Source of the DNA: a virus | Lineage: Duplodnaviria; Caudoviricetes | Virus record (IMG/VR): IMGVR_UViG_3300005076_000002 | Coordinates: 128,001-192,000 of that record | Reading direction: 5' to 3' (one strand) | DNA: 64,000 nt | Shown here: positions 8,979-19,040 of the stretch, piece after piece | Position numbering within the stretch: the stretch's first letter is position 1 | Layout: each line of letters starts with the position of its first letter | Translations under genes and position numbers: made by a program | The notes under the pieces: model-generated | What the model was told of the DNA's origin: nothing | Seen by the model: only the letters and a program-made list of their open reading frames with translations | Databases searched by the model: none

Positions 8979-9929
8979 ATGATAGAAACTGTCATACCGA
9001 CTATTGCTGTAGCCGACGTTTCCGCAAGACGTGGGCAATTTACACAGCATATCGAATATACCAATCAACTAGGCTACCCCATCGCAGTCATTCTAAAGAA
9101 TGGTATGAACGCAGTAATTCACCCTGCGATGAGTATCCAGACCAATGGTACCTTTACCATAACGGTGACATATTCAGCGAACCACCATAGTACGCTCAAT
9201 CAATTGTCATCCTTCTATAAGGAGAATCCTGACCTATCTAAGAAGTTACGGGAGCTATCGGCTAAAAGTCAAAACTATAAAACCGCCATCATTACGTATA
9301 CGCTAACTGATGAGCAGGTAGATGTAGATGGAGCGGTATATCTAGAAGAACTGGATATAATGCTCAAGACATCGATGGATGACCAAACAGTACATCCAGG
9401 GTCTAGGTTTAACGTCGCTATGACTAAGCCGCCAGATACGGCTGTGTCTATCGAGTTAACCGGTTGTGGAATGGAAGGAGCCGTGTATTTTGTATTGTTC
9501 GGTAATACTGTACTCCGACTACAGAATAAAGGCTTCGGCATAGATAGACCGGTGCTAAATTTCACAATCGATGGCGAGCTATCTGGCGCGCCAATGTACC
9601 TAGATAAAACCGATGTCCACGTAACTGAATCCGATGCGCAAGAAGAACTAAAACTCCGTCAGTCGTCGTATAACGACATTAACGGGGAACTACTTAAAGG
9701 AGTTAAAGCACACGCAGAAGGTCACTATAAGCTCATTAGTGGCAGTTCGAAAGATTTCGTATCTGAGAGTAGCGAACTGGTTGGTTCGGTCAATGATATG
9801 TCTTCTGCAATTGGTAAGTTGGAGAATGAGATCGCCGATGCAAGAGTCCATCAGCGAAAAGTGGCGGGCGAAACAATCAAGCTAGTATCGCCTATTGTAA
9901 CAACAATCGGAAAAGTTGTGGCCCTATAA
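8979..9929 (+). CDS. conserved hypothetical protein (phiKZ gp122-like position)
   Basis: GGAGG RBS; stop overlaps next start (TAATG); synteny. Confidence 0.7.
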   Translation: MIETVIPTIAVADVSARRGQFTQHIEYTNQLGYPIAVILKNGMNAVIHPAMSIQTNGTFTITVTYSANHHSTLNQLSSFYKENPDLSKKLRELSAKSQNYKTAIITYTLTDEQVDVDGAVYLEELDIMLKTSMDDQTVHPGSRFNVAMTKPPDTAVSIELTGCGMEGAVYFVLFGNTVLRLQNKGFGIDRPVLNFTIDGELSGAPMYLDKTDVHVTESDAQEELKLRQSSYNDINGELLKGVKAHAEGHYKLISGSSKDFVSESSELVGSVNDMSSAIGKLENEIADARVHQRKVAGETIKLVSPIVTTIGKVVAL

Positions 9930-11563
9930 TGATCAACGATGCATTAGCAGTAGTGCGTGAAAGAATGCCAAAGTTGAACCCACTTATCTGTGAGGGCATT
10001 GCCTATCACCAGATGAAGTCTGTAGAGTCAGCGGTTAATAACCTGCTAATTACTGCATTCAGACGGGACGGGGAATATAACGGGGAAGGTCTACCGGATT
10101 CATTCCAGTATCTGCGCTTTGAACGGACAACGCCAGATGAAGATTTTCTTGAACGGGTTAAACGAAATAAATCAGGCAGGGGGAAAGCACGACCAGGGAT
10201 CAACATGGCAGAGACAGACACGTATCTCATACGCTGTCATTTCGAAAACGATGGTGAAGGCTTCATTAAGCATATCGCTATCCCATTCGCTCGGCCAGGT
10301 GGACTTATCAACATGCTTGGGACTACATACGGTATTGCGGCCGTACTCAAGACACGCGGTTTGTCCTTAACAACGAAGGGCTATTTCGCCGAATTCCCTC
10401 GTTGCAAAGTAAACTTTGATTGGTTAGCAGACAGTTACTACATCAATGGTACCATCGAGCATGTTTACATGCCGTACAGTACCTCCCTCCATACCAAAGC
10501 AAAAAGGCAGAAGACATACGTGCCGCCGTTGGCATGTTGGCTATTTGCCAAGTACGGGTTATTTGAAACATTCGAAGAGTTCCTTGGTGTCAGCATTGAG
10601 GTCTATGAGACCACCGATCCCAAGCTACTCACCCTTGACACTAACAAGTATTGCGTCTGCCGTGCTACCAAGCCGTTGCGTGGTGCCGAGCCAGAAATAG
10701 CAATCGTAATCAAAAAGGCTGACCTTTCGCCGCAAGCGAAAATCCTCATCGGGACTGTCTTCTATATTGCCCGATCCTATCCCGACCGCGTAGTCAAAGC
10801 GTATGTCGGTGAGCCGAGACTGTGGATGATCATGTTGGGCTTTGCCATCTTTGGTAAAAGTCGCGTGTTCTCCGAAATTCGTATTGTTGATGAGATTCGC
10901 ACGCACTTCTCGAATATCGAACGTGCGCTTGATGTCAACTTCAAGAACGAACTGATTTCTGTCGGTGTTGAATGCAGTACGATTTATGAGTTCCTGTTCT
11001 ACGTCATCAACAAGATGACCGAGCGTACAGGCGGTGAAATGTCGAGTATGGCCAATCTGTGGGGTCGCTATTACACGACCACGGAATACGTCATCCGTGA
11101 TTTGCGTGAAGCAATTTTCAATGCGCACTATGCCATTGTTAAAGCTGCACGTAAAACGGGTGGTGCTCCGGTGTCTACTGCACAGATAGACCACATCCTC
11201 AACAGTCAGCTGAATCAGGACGTCATCAATAACATCAACTCCGGTCACGGAGAGATTACGCCGTTCATGGTAGCTACCGATAACATGTTTATCGGCCTGA
11301 CATCCCACTGTATCGATCAGACTGATGCACGTAAGCGTCCAGGTGGTAAGAAAGTATTCGATACTTCTGACCCCTCACGCCACATGCACGCTTCGTTCCT
11401 CGAAGCTGGTTCTGTAGCCCACCTGCCAAAATCCAATCCGATTGGTCCGTACCGGATCAATGGTCGAGTTAAAATTGACCACTTTGGACGCATTATGGAG
11501 AAGGAAGAGAATGTCAAAGACATGCGACTCCTTCAGCAGGATTTCCGGGCCAAAGGCCTTTAA
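9929..11563 (+). CDS. non-virion RNA polymerase beta-like subunit (phiKZ gp123-like)
   Basis: 544 aa; MPKLNPLICEGIA start and HASFLEAGS..LPKSNPIG..RIN C-terminal motif; synteny downstream of the capsid gene. Confidence 0.8.
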   Translation: MINDALAVVRERMPKLNPLICEGIAYHQMKSVESAVNNLLITAFRRDGEYNGEGLPDSFQYLRFERTTPDEDFLERVKRNKSGRGKARPGINMAETDTYLIRCHFENDGEGFIKHIAIPFARPGGLINMLGTTYGIAAVLKTRGLSLTTKGYFAEFPRCKVNFDWLADSYYINGTIEHVYMPYSTSLHTKAKRQKTYVPPLACWLFAKYGLFETFEEFLGVSIEVYETTDPKLLTLDTNKYCVCRATKPLRGAEPEIAIVIKKADLSPQAKILIGTVFYIARSYPDRVVKAYVGEPRLWMIMLGFAIFGKSRVFSEIRIVDEIRTHFSNIERALDVNFKNELISVGVECSTIYEFLFYVINKMTERTGGEMSSMANLWGRYYTTTEYVIRDLREAIFNAHYAIVKAARKTGGAPVSTAQIDHILNSQLNQDVINNINSGHGEITPFMVATDNMFIGLTSHCIDQTDARKRPGGKKVFDTSDPSRHMHASFLEAGSVAHLPKSNPIGPYRINGRVKIDHFGRIMEKEENVKDMRLLQQDFRAKGL

Positions 11564-11592
11564 TCATTTTTCAAGCATATATTACAATAGTG
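11563..11592 (+). promoter_or_regulatory. putative early promoter
   Basis: CATATATTACAATAGTG at 11576-11592 is identical to 2858-2874. Confidence 0.7.
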
Positions 11593-11623
11593 CATAAGCA
11601 CAGTAATTCACCCAGGAGTAAAC

Positions 11624-13345
11624 ATGGCTAACATCCGCATCCCGTCGAACTTAGAACAGCGCGACGTAGAAGACATCATTGAGAGTGCTATCTCCGCGAT
11701 GGAATCTTCCAACGATCCGATTGAGCGGGACGTCACGGACCTTTGTGCAGAGAGCCGTTATAACAACCGCACTGCCGACGATTTCTTCCAGATCGTCGTA
11801 AACGTATTTTCGTACGGTGCAGAGCAAGCATTCGATAAGAACATCGATCCGTTCGAAAGTCGTAACTTCAGCAAGCTGGTAGACGGAGGCCTGAATATGG
11901 CCTTCGCTTGCATTGCTCTGGACGATCGCCAAATCTCCCGTGAGTGCAGTCGTGACGAGATCGATGACATGCAAGCGTTGCGCGACGATTACGAGGTTAT
12001 CAAACGTGATGTAGGTGGCTCCCGTGGCGGTGGCCGCCGTGGTGGTCGGGACCGTGGGCGCGATCGTAATGATCGCAATGACCGTCACGAGCGCAATAGC
12101 CGCGGTGGGCGTAGCGGTGGGCGTAGTGCTCGCCGTAGCGGTCGTCGTGGTGACGGGGCTAACAACCAGCCAACTGCGTACCGCACGCGTGAACGCGAGG
12201 AGGAATATGTGGAGGAACGTGAAACCCGCCGCCGCGATACTCCACGCAATAACGTGGTTGATATCTCCGAGCTGCGTAATCGCCAAGTCGTGGCTGTCAA
12301 CAGTCAGACCGGTACCGGTCATGTATACAACCCGTCCAATACGATCGTTGCTGCGATCGAAGAAGACGGCAAATTCATCGAGGTATTGAAAGCCGTGGAA
12401 GACTACAGCAAACACGAACTGCGGCGTTCACTGCTCACACATGAGCAAGATCGCCGTGTAGTACCGCTGGTGAAGTTCAAGGATACGTCTGAAAACGTAG
12501 TTGCCGAGAACGATGACCCGGTAGAAGTGTATGTGGCACCGAACGCCATCAAGATCGATCTCCCGCTGATCAACTTTGATCCGCTGATGATCGCAGTAGC
12601 CGCGCATCCTGTCATGTCCGAGCACAGTGCCAAGATCAATCTGGTGCAAGCGATCTTCCAGGCCAAGTTCACGCTGCCGTATGACTTGGCCGGTATTGTG
12701 ACCACCCTGACCGACTTCAACACGTTTGAAGGCTGGTACAAGGTACTCAATGCTATGCGTAGCTTCGCCGTAAACAAGGACACGCCGGAAGAAGATACTG
12801 TGCACATCATGACCGAGGTTACTCGCCTCGATCAGATGCTAGCAGCTCTGTTCAACGGCTATATGACTACGCTGGGCTATCCGAAGGTTAAGCTCACCAA
12901 GTTCATCGAGTCCTGGTCTGATGCATCGGAGTGGCTGAGTCATCGGGATCAAGCAGATTTGAATGACGAATTCACTGAATTCGAAACCAAGCTGTTTGCA
13001 TCCAACATGAAGGTAGCGCTGCCGTCGCTGCGGGCAGTAGAAGATGGTGAAGATAGCGTGCCGGTAACTGTACCGACATTCTTCATCGAACGTTCTGCCA
13101 TCCTGGTACAGTACGTAGGTAGCATCGTTGGCGATGAGGTAGAGTTCTCCCGTACTGGCGAACCGTGCACTATCACCTTCGACGACACCCCCGACTTCTA
13201 CACTTCCTGCAATCGCCTGGCCAAGCGTCGTAAAGATCGCTTCTCCATGGCAGACATCTACATGACCGATTCCGTCGGTCGCCTGATCGTCGTAGGTGTG
13301 CGTGAAAACAACAGTGGTCCCATCCGGGCTACCATGTACCGCTAA
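11624..13345 (+). CDS. hypothetical protein with R/G/D-rich low-complexity linker
   Basis: AGGAG RBS; 573 aa; RGG/RD repeats at about residues 130-205. Confidence 0.8.
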   Translation: MANIRIPSNLEQRDVEDIIESAISAMESSNDPIERDVTDLCAESRYNNRTADDFFQIVVNVFSYGAEQAFDKNIDPFESRNFSKLVDGGLNMAFACIALDDRQISRECSRDEIDDMQALRDDYEVIKRDVGGSRGGGRRGGRDRGRDRNDRNDRHERNSRGGRSGGRSARRSGRRGDGANNQPTAYRTREREEEYVEERETRRRDTPRNNVVDISELRNRQVVAVNSQTGTGHVYNPSNTIVAAIEEDGKFIEVLKAVEDYSKHELRRSLLTHEQDRRVVPLVKFKDTSENVVAENDDPVEVYVAPNAIKIDLPLINFDPLMIAVAAHPVMSEHSAKINLVQAIFQAKFTLPYDLAGIVTTLTDFNTFEGWYKVLNAMRSFAVNKDTPEEDTVHIMTEVTRLDQMLAALFNGYMTTLGYPKVKLTKFIESWSDASEWLSHRDQADLNDEFTEFETKLFASNMKVALPSLRAVEDGEDSVPVTVPTFFIERSAILVQYVGSIVGDEVEFSRTGEPCTITFDDTPDFYTSCNRLAKRRKDRFSMADIYMTDSVGRLIVVGVRENNSGPIRATMYR

Positions 13346-13350
13346 TAAAG

Positions 13351-13379
13351 CTAGGGGCTTCGGCCCCTAGTTTTTTTTT
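13351..13379 (+). terminator. intrinsic terminator (CTAGGGG family)
   Basis: CTAGGGGC-TTCG-GCCCCTAG plus T9. Confidence 0.9.
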
Positions 13380-13390
13380 GCCGTGACGCA

Positions 13391-13415
13391 TAAAAGAGGA
13401 GGCCGAAGCCTCCTC
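13391..13415 (-). terminator. intrinsic terminator for the portal gene
   Basis: GAGGAGGC-CGAA-GCCTCCTC preceded by AAAA on the + strand. Confidence 0.75.
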
Positions 13416-13419
13416 GGTA

Positions 13420-16257
13420 TTATGCATTTTCGTCAGTATCAGTTTCGTTCCCATCGGTAGTTTCTTCGGTGGGTTCTTCAGTTTCTTCGGGTTCGGTAGA
13501 TTCACCGTCGTCCGTTTCTTCAGTCTCTTCAGTCTCTTCAGTTTCCTCCTCTTCGGAGTCACCATCAGAGCCATCCCCTTCACCATCCCCGTCGAAGTTG
13601 AACTCGTCATCCCCGTCCTCACCGCCTTCTTCCCCGTCGCCGAAGCCGCCCTCGCCATCATCGAAGCCGCCACCGCCGCCGGTGTCGCCAGAGCCTTCCA
13701 TATCCATTTGCTTAGCCAGTGTCTCCATACGACCAGTGAATCGTTTGAAGATTTGCATAGCAATCTTGGAACGGTCAACCATATTGCTCGAGAGCTCGGT
13801 GACAATTTCAGAGACATCTTCAGAAGTGAGGAATTCGAGCATGTCAGGTTCGACGTCGTTCTCAACCAGCCATTGCGTAATGACAAAGCTGCGAACCAAC
13901 ATACGAATCTTGCTTTCCTGACCGTCGATTTCAGTTCCCTCGAACATACCATCGGCCCACCAGTTTTCAAGGATCTTATCAAGACCTTGAATCTTCTCTT
14001 CCATAACCTGCATTTGAGAGTTAAGGGAAGAGGTATCGGGAGCAGGCAATGTCACTTCCAGATGCGCAATGAAATGACTGATGATTTTCTTGATCAGGTC
14101 TTTCAGCGCACCGCCAGTAGGAACACCTTCGATAGAAACCGCAGCACCTTCAGAGAAGATTTCATAGCCAATGGTGTCGTCGGTTACAACACCCTCGTCA
14201 TCGCCTCCCTCGTTGACATCTACACCCATCTCACCCTCACCCGCGGCATCCATAGCAGCTTTCTGCTCGGCGGCCTTACGCGCAGCTATACGCTGCTTGA
14301 TGAGGTCTTCGTAGTATTTCTCACAAATGGTAGCCAAGCGATCGATAAGAATCGGGTCGCTATAGATGTAAGTACGAATGTGATGAGACATAAATGGAGA
14401 CAAGGCCAGCTGGTCCTGAATGTAGCGCTTTGCAGTCAGCAAGTCCTTCGACGTTACCTGAGTTGCAAATTCGATAGCTTGCGGAGTGATGATCAAATCA
14501 GGATCAGCACCCAGCTGACGATACTGTCGCTTAGCCATCGACTCATCCAATGTTGCATCGGGAACCTTGTAGTCAGGAGAGTTATCAGAAACATCTACCT
14601 TCGTACTCGGATAGTAGTCGTTACCTTGGATGTTAAACTCGATACCGGCATTCTTGATATACGCCAGCATGTCGTCGGGAGTACCGGTGAACGGAATGCG
14701 GTTAGCAAACTGTTCCATCATCAGGTGTTGTACCTGCTCGATACGCTTCTCTGGCTCACGGTCTTCAGGAGCCAGCTCGATATCGATCTTGATGTTACGG
14801 GTGGCATTCAACACAGTGGCTTGCATGGTAGCCATCAGGATGGCTGCACGGACACCGGAGATAGTACGCCCTTTATCCAGACGACTACGACCAATACCTT
14901 CTTTGGTCCAGTCCATCGCGTAATAGACAAACTGCTCAGCTGGCACATACAGAATCTGCGTACCCTTCTTAGCCAGCGCACGAGCCAACATGATCTGATA
15001 GACCTGTTGGGGACGTACGAGGTTCAATGCCTCACTACCGCCGCCATTCTTCAGAGCGGTGATCAGCTTAGCCTCCACAAGCTCGCTAAACGAGTCTTGC
15101 AGACGTGCCATCGTCCAGTCCTTGGTATCCCCCAGCCCAAGCCCCAACGCAGCATCAGAGATCATCTGAGAGGTCGGATTACCCATCATCCAACTCATAG
15201 CGGTAGAGTTGTAAAGATTAGAGTTACGACTGATCGGGTTGCCAACTTCATCGAGCATGATGAAGAAGCCCACCGGTGCGTTAAACGTGCCGGGGGTGTG
15301 GATAGGAATAATAGCTTCGGAAGGAATGTGCTGCACTAGCGGATGGCCAATGCTCCGGCGACCAGCATTTTCTACCGTCTTAATCTCCTCTACTGCTTTC
15401 ATCGAGAAGGTCTTGGATTTGTAAACGTCGGTGTCGTAATACTCGAAGTCGTTCATAGCTCTTTCGAGCCCGAAGCGGCCACTATTATATGTACGTTCGA
15501 CCGCGCTTTTACTGATCCTGGCCTGAACTTTCGGCAGCTTCAATACATCGATATTATCGGTGAGATTGAAGGTTGCTGTTATTTTTTTGTCGTCCGGTAC
15601 GTCAGTGGCCGGAGCGCCGATATTGAAACGGTATCCGCCGTTACTCGCTGTCCCAGCGACAGGCTTAAAGGCCAAGCTTTCAAAACCAAAACCGTTCATA
15701 TCGGTAGTGGTATTGGGGTCGCCGAGGATACCTTTTACAGCAAAAAGATGTTCTACCTTTTTGGCATAGCTCTCCACGCCGATCTTCCCACCTTCGTTGA
15801 TGATCGCATCAACGGAAGATTCAGGAATGATCGCAGCGCCCCACGAACCGGTGCGGAACAACGTATCGTGAACGATCTCACGCATGTAGTTCTTGAGCGG
15901 GTAAACAGTGGTGAAGAACTCTTTGATCTCAGCCACCAGTTGGGCCCGAAGCCCCAGCTCAATCTTTGTGCTGTTAACAGCAAAGATAGGGGCGATGGTG
16001 ATGAGGTCTTTACTGGACAGAATGCCGGAGACAACAATGTCCGCCGCAAAGTCTATATCCGGTAACATCTCAATGACGTTTTCAGCATCCAGATTGCGCT
16101 GCATGCTTTCACGAACGAGCGGCATGAGCTCGTGCTGACCCGGAGAAGTGATCTGGTTAGGATTACTCTTGGACATGTTGCGCGGGCTATGCAGTTTATT
16201 GAGTACCGCGTTATTGAGCAGATTGTTGGTGGTACCCCAGGTCGATCTTGAGCTCAT
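13420..16257 (-). CDS. portal protein (phiKZ gp129-like) with long acidic C-terminal tail
   Basis: About 945 aa; GHPLVQHIPSEAIIPIHTPG and GFFIMLDEVGNP motifs; GAGGG RBS before MSSRST; internal G-x-E sites; synteny. Confidence 0.75.
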   Translation of the reverse strand: MSSRSTWGTTNNLLNNAVLNKLHSPRNMSKSNPNQITSPGQHELMPLVRESMQRNLDAENVIEMLPDIDFAADIVVSGILSSKDLITIAPIFAVNSTKIELGLRAQLVAEIKEFFTTVYPLKNYMREIVHDTLFRTGSWGAAIIPESSVDAIINEGGKIGVESYAKKVEHLFAVKGILGDPNTTTDMNGFGFESLAFKPVAGTASNGGYRFNIGAPATDVPDDKKITATFNLTDNIDVLKLPKVQARISKSAVERTYNSGRFGLERAMNDFEYYDTDVYKSKTFSMKAVEEIKTVENAGRRSIGHPLVQHIPSEAIIPIHTPGTFNAPVGFFIMLDEVGNPISRNSNLYNSTAMSWMMGNPTSQMISDAALGLGLGDTKDWTMARLQDSFSELVEAKLITALKNGGGSEALNLVRPQQVYQIMLARALAKKGTQILYVPAEQFVYYAMDWTKEGIGRSRLDKGRTISGVRAAILMATMQATVLNATRNIKIDIELAPEDREPEKRIEQVQHLMMEQFANRIPFTGTPDDMLAYIKNAGIEFNIQGNDYYPSTKVDVSDNSPDYKVPDATLDESMAKRQYRQLGADPDLIITPQAIEFATQVTSKDLLTAKRYIQDQLALSPFMSHHIRTYIYSDPILIDRLATICEKYYEDLIKQRIAARKAAEQKAAMDAAGEGEMGVDVNEGGDDEGVVTDDTIGYEIFSEGAAVSIEGVPTGGALKDLIKKIISHFIAHLEVTLPAPDTSSLNSQMQVMEEKIQGLDKILENWWADGMFEGTEIDGQESKIRMLVRSFVITQWLVENDVEPDMLEFLTSEDVSEIVTELSSNMVDRSKIAMQIFKRFTGRMETLAKQMDMEGSGDTGGGGGFDDGEGGFGDGEEGGEDGDDEFNFDGDGEGDGSDGDSEEEETEETEETEETDDGESTEPEETEEPTEETTDGNETDTDENA

Positions 16258-16286
16258 TGTCATTCCCTCTAGTTTCTGGTGCGCAT

Positions 16287-18455
16287 ATGAACGCTTACTA
16301 CAAAATTTATCTCGAAGAGAACATCGAACTTGCAAAGTCGATGATCATTAAATCTGAAGTGACGGCTCGCCTCATGAATAAGGAGGTCGAGGGCCTTGGC
16401 TATAGTATATCAACTGATCAAAGTCAGTGGAGATATTACAAGCACCTGAACGGTGACTATTTCCACCTTGACGAACCAATGAAAATCATCTCGCTGGATA
16501 CCGGGGTGAAGATCACCTTTAACAAGGAAACGTTAGCCGTTCACAAAAAGACACGTAACGTCTATCTCAATACCCGTAGCTACGTCTCTAAGTTGAAGCA
16601 GCGTTACCCTACCCAGTGTATCCTAATCGATGGCATACTGCGCCCTACGCCGCCTAAGGTGGCGATAGATGCATTGGATATGACGATACTTCACCACGAT
16701 CCCAAATATGTGGAAAAGCAGGAGTATTCGCTGATCGCTTCTATTGAGAAGTGGATGCGCGGTTTCATGTATCGTTACATGATGGAGAGTTATCTTCACA
16801 CGAATGATCTGTTCGCTGCCGACATCTTTGGTAAGATGTTCGTCCACCTGCCGAAGAAGATAATGAATATCCGACAAGCGATGGTTAAGACGTCTCAGAC
16901 GCATACCTTCCATATTCGGATGTATCTTGCATCCCATAACCGACTCGATGAGTTCATGCCGTACTTCACGTACGAGCAGCTGCGATACTTCTACATGAAT
17001 ATCGCCTACCTGGAACGGCATACCGGGATGCAAAGCAACTTCGATGCCCTCATCCATAACTTGATGTCGGTACGAAACCTACCCGTCTATGATTACAAAC
17101 TCCAGCAGCAAGCGCTGCGTGTAGAAGACGGTGAGCTCTATCCTGATGCGGTATTTATTCGTACGCCTCTTAACCTCAACACTAACGTGCTGAGCCGGGG
17201 CGTCGATGAGGCCCCCATCTCTGAGATCATCTATAAAGAAGTACCTGACGCTAAACATAACGTTGAGCATGTTGGCGAATACCTGGCCAAAACTGAAACG
17301 GCCATGGGCATTAGTCAAATCAGTAAGCTTCCTACGAAGATCATCGAAGCCTCTGCAATTGACCCAGAGGACGTGGCTATCGTTAAACAGTTAGATATGC
17401 TGGTTAACCATTGGGCTTATTTGGCCACGACGGGAGCGTATACCGCGACTGTTGAAGTGCTAAATCCGATTAGTGGTGACCTGATGAAGCTGACGATGAA
17501 AGAGCTGTTTACGCTCTACATTTATGCTTTCTATATCGGACGTTACGGCCACGAGATGAAAGGTATCCCTGAGTATCTCGCTATCGATATCACCAAAATG
17601 CGGTGGATCGATTATGCGGAGTATGCCCAAGTCGTACCCAAAGACAAATGGGGTAAGTGGGATCCTGACATCGACTACTTCCAACAGACGTATATCGACC
17701 AATACCCGTCGTATACCTCTGCCGACGAGTTTGTTGACTTCTGTGAGAAAGTTACGGAGCTTAAACGACTACGTCACATGTTCACCTATCAGCCACAGCG
17801 GTTTGAACAAAAGGCTGTTCGTGAATCACTTTACCGCTACAGTTACACCAACATTAAGTGTGACTTGAAAACGCGGCGATATAAGACGTACGATGAGTTC
17901 TTTACCTATCTCGGTTTTGATCGTACGCTGATGTATGCAGAGAGCTGGACTGACCTGGCCCTGACCTGTTTGGATTTGGCTACGCTGATCACATCGCGCA
18001 ACGCGATGAGTCTGCGCGAGATTCAAGCCGCGATGGTTAAGGTATTCAAGCGACTGAGCAGTTACACGGTTCAGATTGTTGAAGAGATCATAAGCTCCGA
18101 TACGATCGTTACGAACAATCTGATGGCGATTACCAATGAAACTCCCGGTAGTACCTTAGATAAGAACACGTCGGATATGCCACCCGTCGATGTGATTACG
18201 TGTACTGGCAGGTCGCTGGAGACTACGTCTAAGCAAACATGCCATGTCAAAGCATTTAGTGTGACCGAGATCGTAGACAACCACTATGACGTCAATGTAG
18301 TGATCGGGGCTACTGCAACCGGGACAGAGCGTACTGTTACGATACTGACCATGGACGCAACTACTGCTGTTAAGATAGACCGGATTAGCGATGATCCGAT
18401 CCCTCTGATGGCCGCCTCGGGACACGATATGTGGGAGTTGATGACTACCGGTTAA
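16287..18455 (+). CDS. virion structural protein (phiKZ gp128-like)
   Basis: WRYYKHLNGDY..LD.PM.I.SLDT and THTFHIRMYLASH motifs; divergent from the portal gene. Confidence 0.7.
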   Translation: MNAYYKIYLEENIELAKSMIIKSEVTARLMNKEVEGLGYSISTDQSQWRYYKHLNGDYFHLDEPMKIISLDTGVKITFNKETLAVHKKTRNVYLNTRSYVSKLKQRYPTQCILIDGILRPTPPKVAIDALDMTILHHDPKYVEKQEYSLIASIEKWMRGFMYRYMMESYLHTNDLFAADIFGKMFVHLPKKIMNIRQAMVKTSQTHTFHIRMYLASHNRLDEFMPYFTYEQLRYFYMNIAYLERHTGMQSNFDALIHNLMSVRNLPVYDYKLQQQALRVEDGELYPDAVFIRTPLNLNTNVLSRGVDEAPISEIIYKEVPDAKHNVEHVGEYLAKTETAMGISQISKLPTKIIEASAIDPEDVAIVKQLDMLVNHWAYLATTGAYTATVEVLNPISGDLMKLTMKELFTLYIYAFYIGRYGHEMKGIPEYLAIDITKMRWIDYAEYAQVVPKDKWGKWDPDIDYFQQTYIDQYPSYTSADEFVDFCEKVTELKRLRHMFTYQPQRFEQKAVRESLYRYSYTNIKCDLKTRRYKTYDEFFTYLGFDRTLMYAESWTDLALTCLDLATLITSRNAMSLREIQAAMVKVFKRLSSYTVQIVEEIISSDTIVTNNLMAITNETPGSTLDKNTSDMPPVDVITCTGRSLETTSKQTCHVKAFSVTEIVDNHYDVNVVIGATATGTERTVTILTMDATTAVKIDRISDDPIPLMAASGHDMWELMTTG

Positions 18456-18513
18456 TAAAAAGACGCAGGTCATTTTATGGGCACGGTGCTTCAACTAACT
18501 CCGAGGAAATATC

Positions 18514-19017
18514 ATGAGCTATATGGTAGATATGTCGCTACCGCCTGCCGAGCTGCTTTTGGGTTTGATCAACCAAGAAAACCCAAAAGCAAACTTCACC
18601 TTTCAAACGGTGCAGTTCGATCCAGGCGGTCCGTCGAACACGACGCTCTACGGCAAAGACACGATGATATATCTGTTGCCGTTAAAGGGCGCTGGGTTCT
18701 TCGGCAAGAAGGCCTTCTATTACAACCGGATTAACCTGGCCGATTTCTTAGGTTCGTCCGGCGTAAAGATCGAGCCCGACAAGTACACCGAAACGGCTGA
18801 ACTTCTTCCATTGGTTATGAGTCAACTCGGCATTAACTTGACGCGTGGGGATATTTACAACGACTACATCATTCCTTTAACCAAGGATACGCAGTCGAAG
18901 ATACGTATCTCGGTAAGATCGATTATGTACAAAGGGTATGTTCCAGTCCACCTGGGGCCGCAGTCTATCTTTGCAGGACTGAAGAACCGGCTGTTGGACG
19001 GGTTCCATAAACCCTAG
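18514..19017 (+). CDS. virion structural (tail/baseplate-family) protein
   Basis: GAGG RBS; LLLGLINQEN, YYNRINL and LLDGF motifs shared with 25947 and 34286. Confidence 0.7.
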   Translation: MSYMVDMSLPPAELLLGLINQENPKANFTFQTVQFDPGGPSNTTLYGKDTMIYLLPLKGAGFFGKKAFYYNRINLADFLGSSGVKIEPDKYTETAELLPLVMSQLGINLTRGDIYNDYIIPLTKDTQSKIRISVRSIMYKGYVPVHLGPQSIFAGLKNRLLDGFHKP

Positions 19018-19040
19018 CCGTTAAGCAACGAGGTATTACT

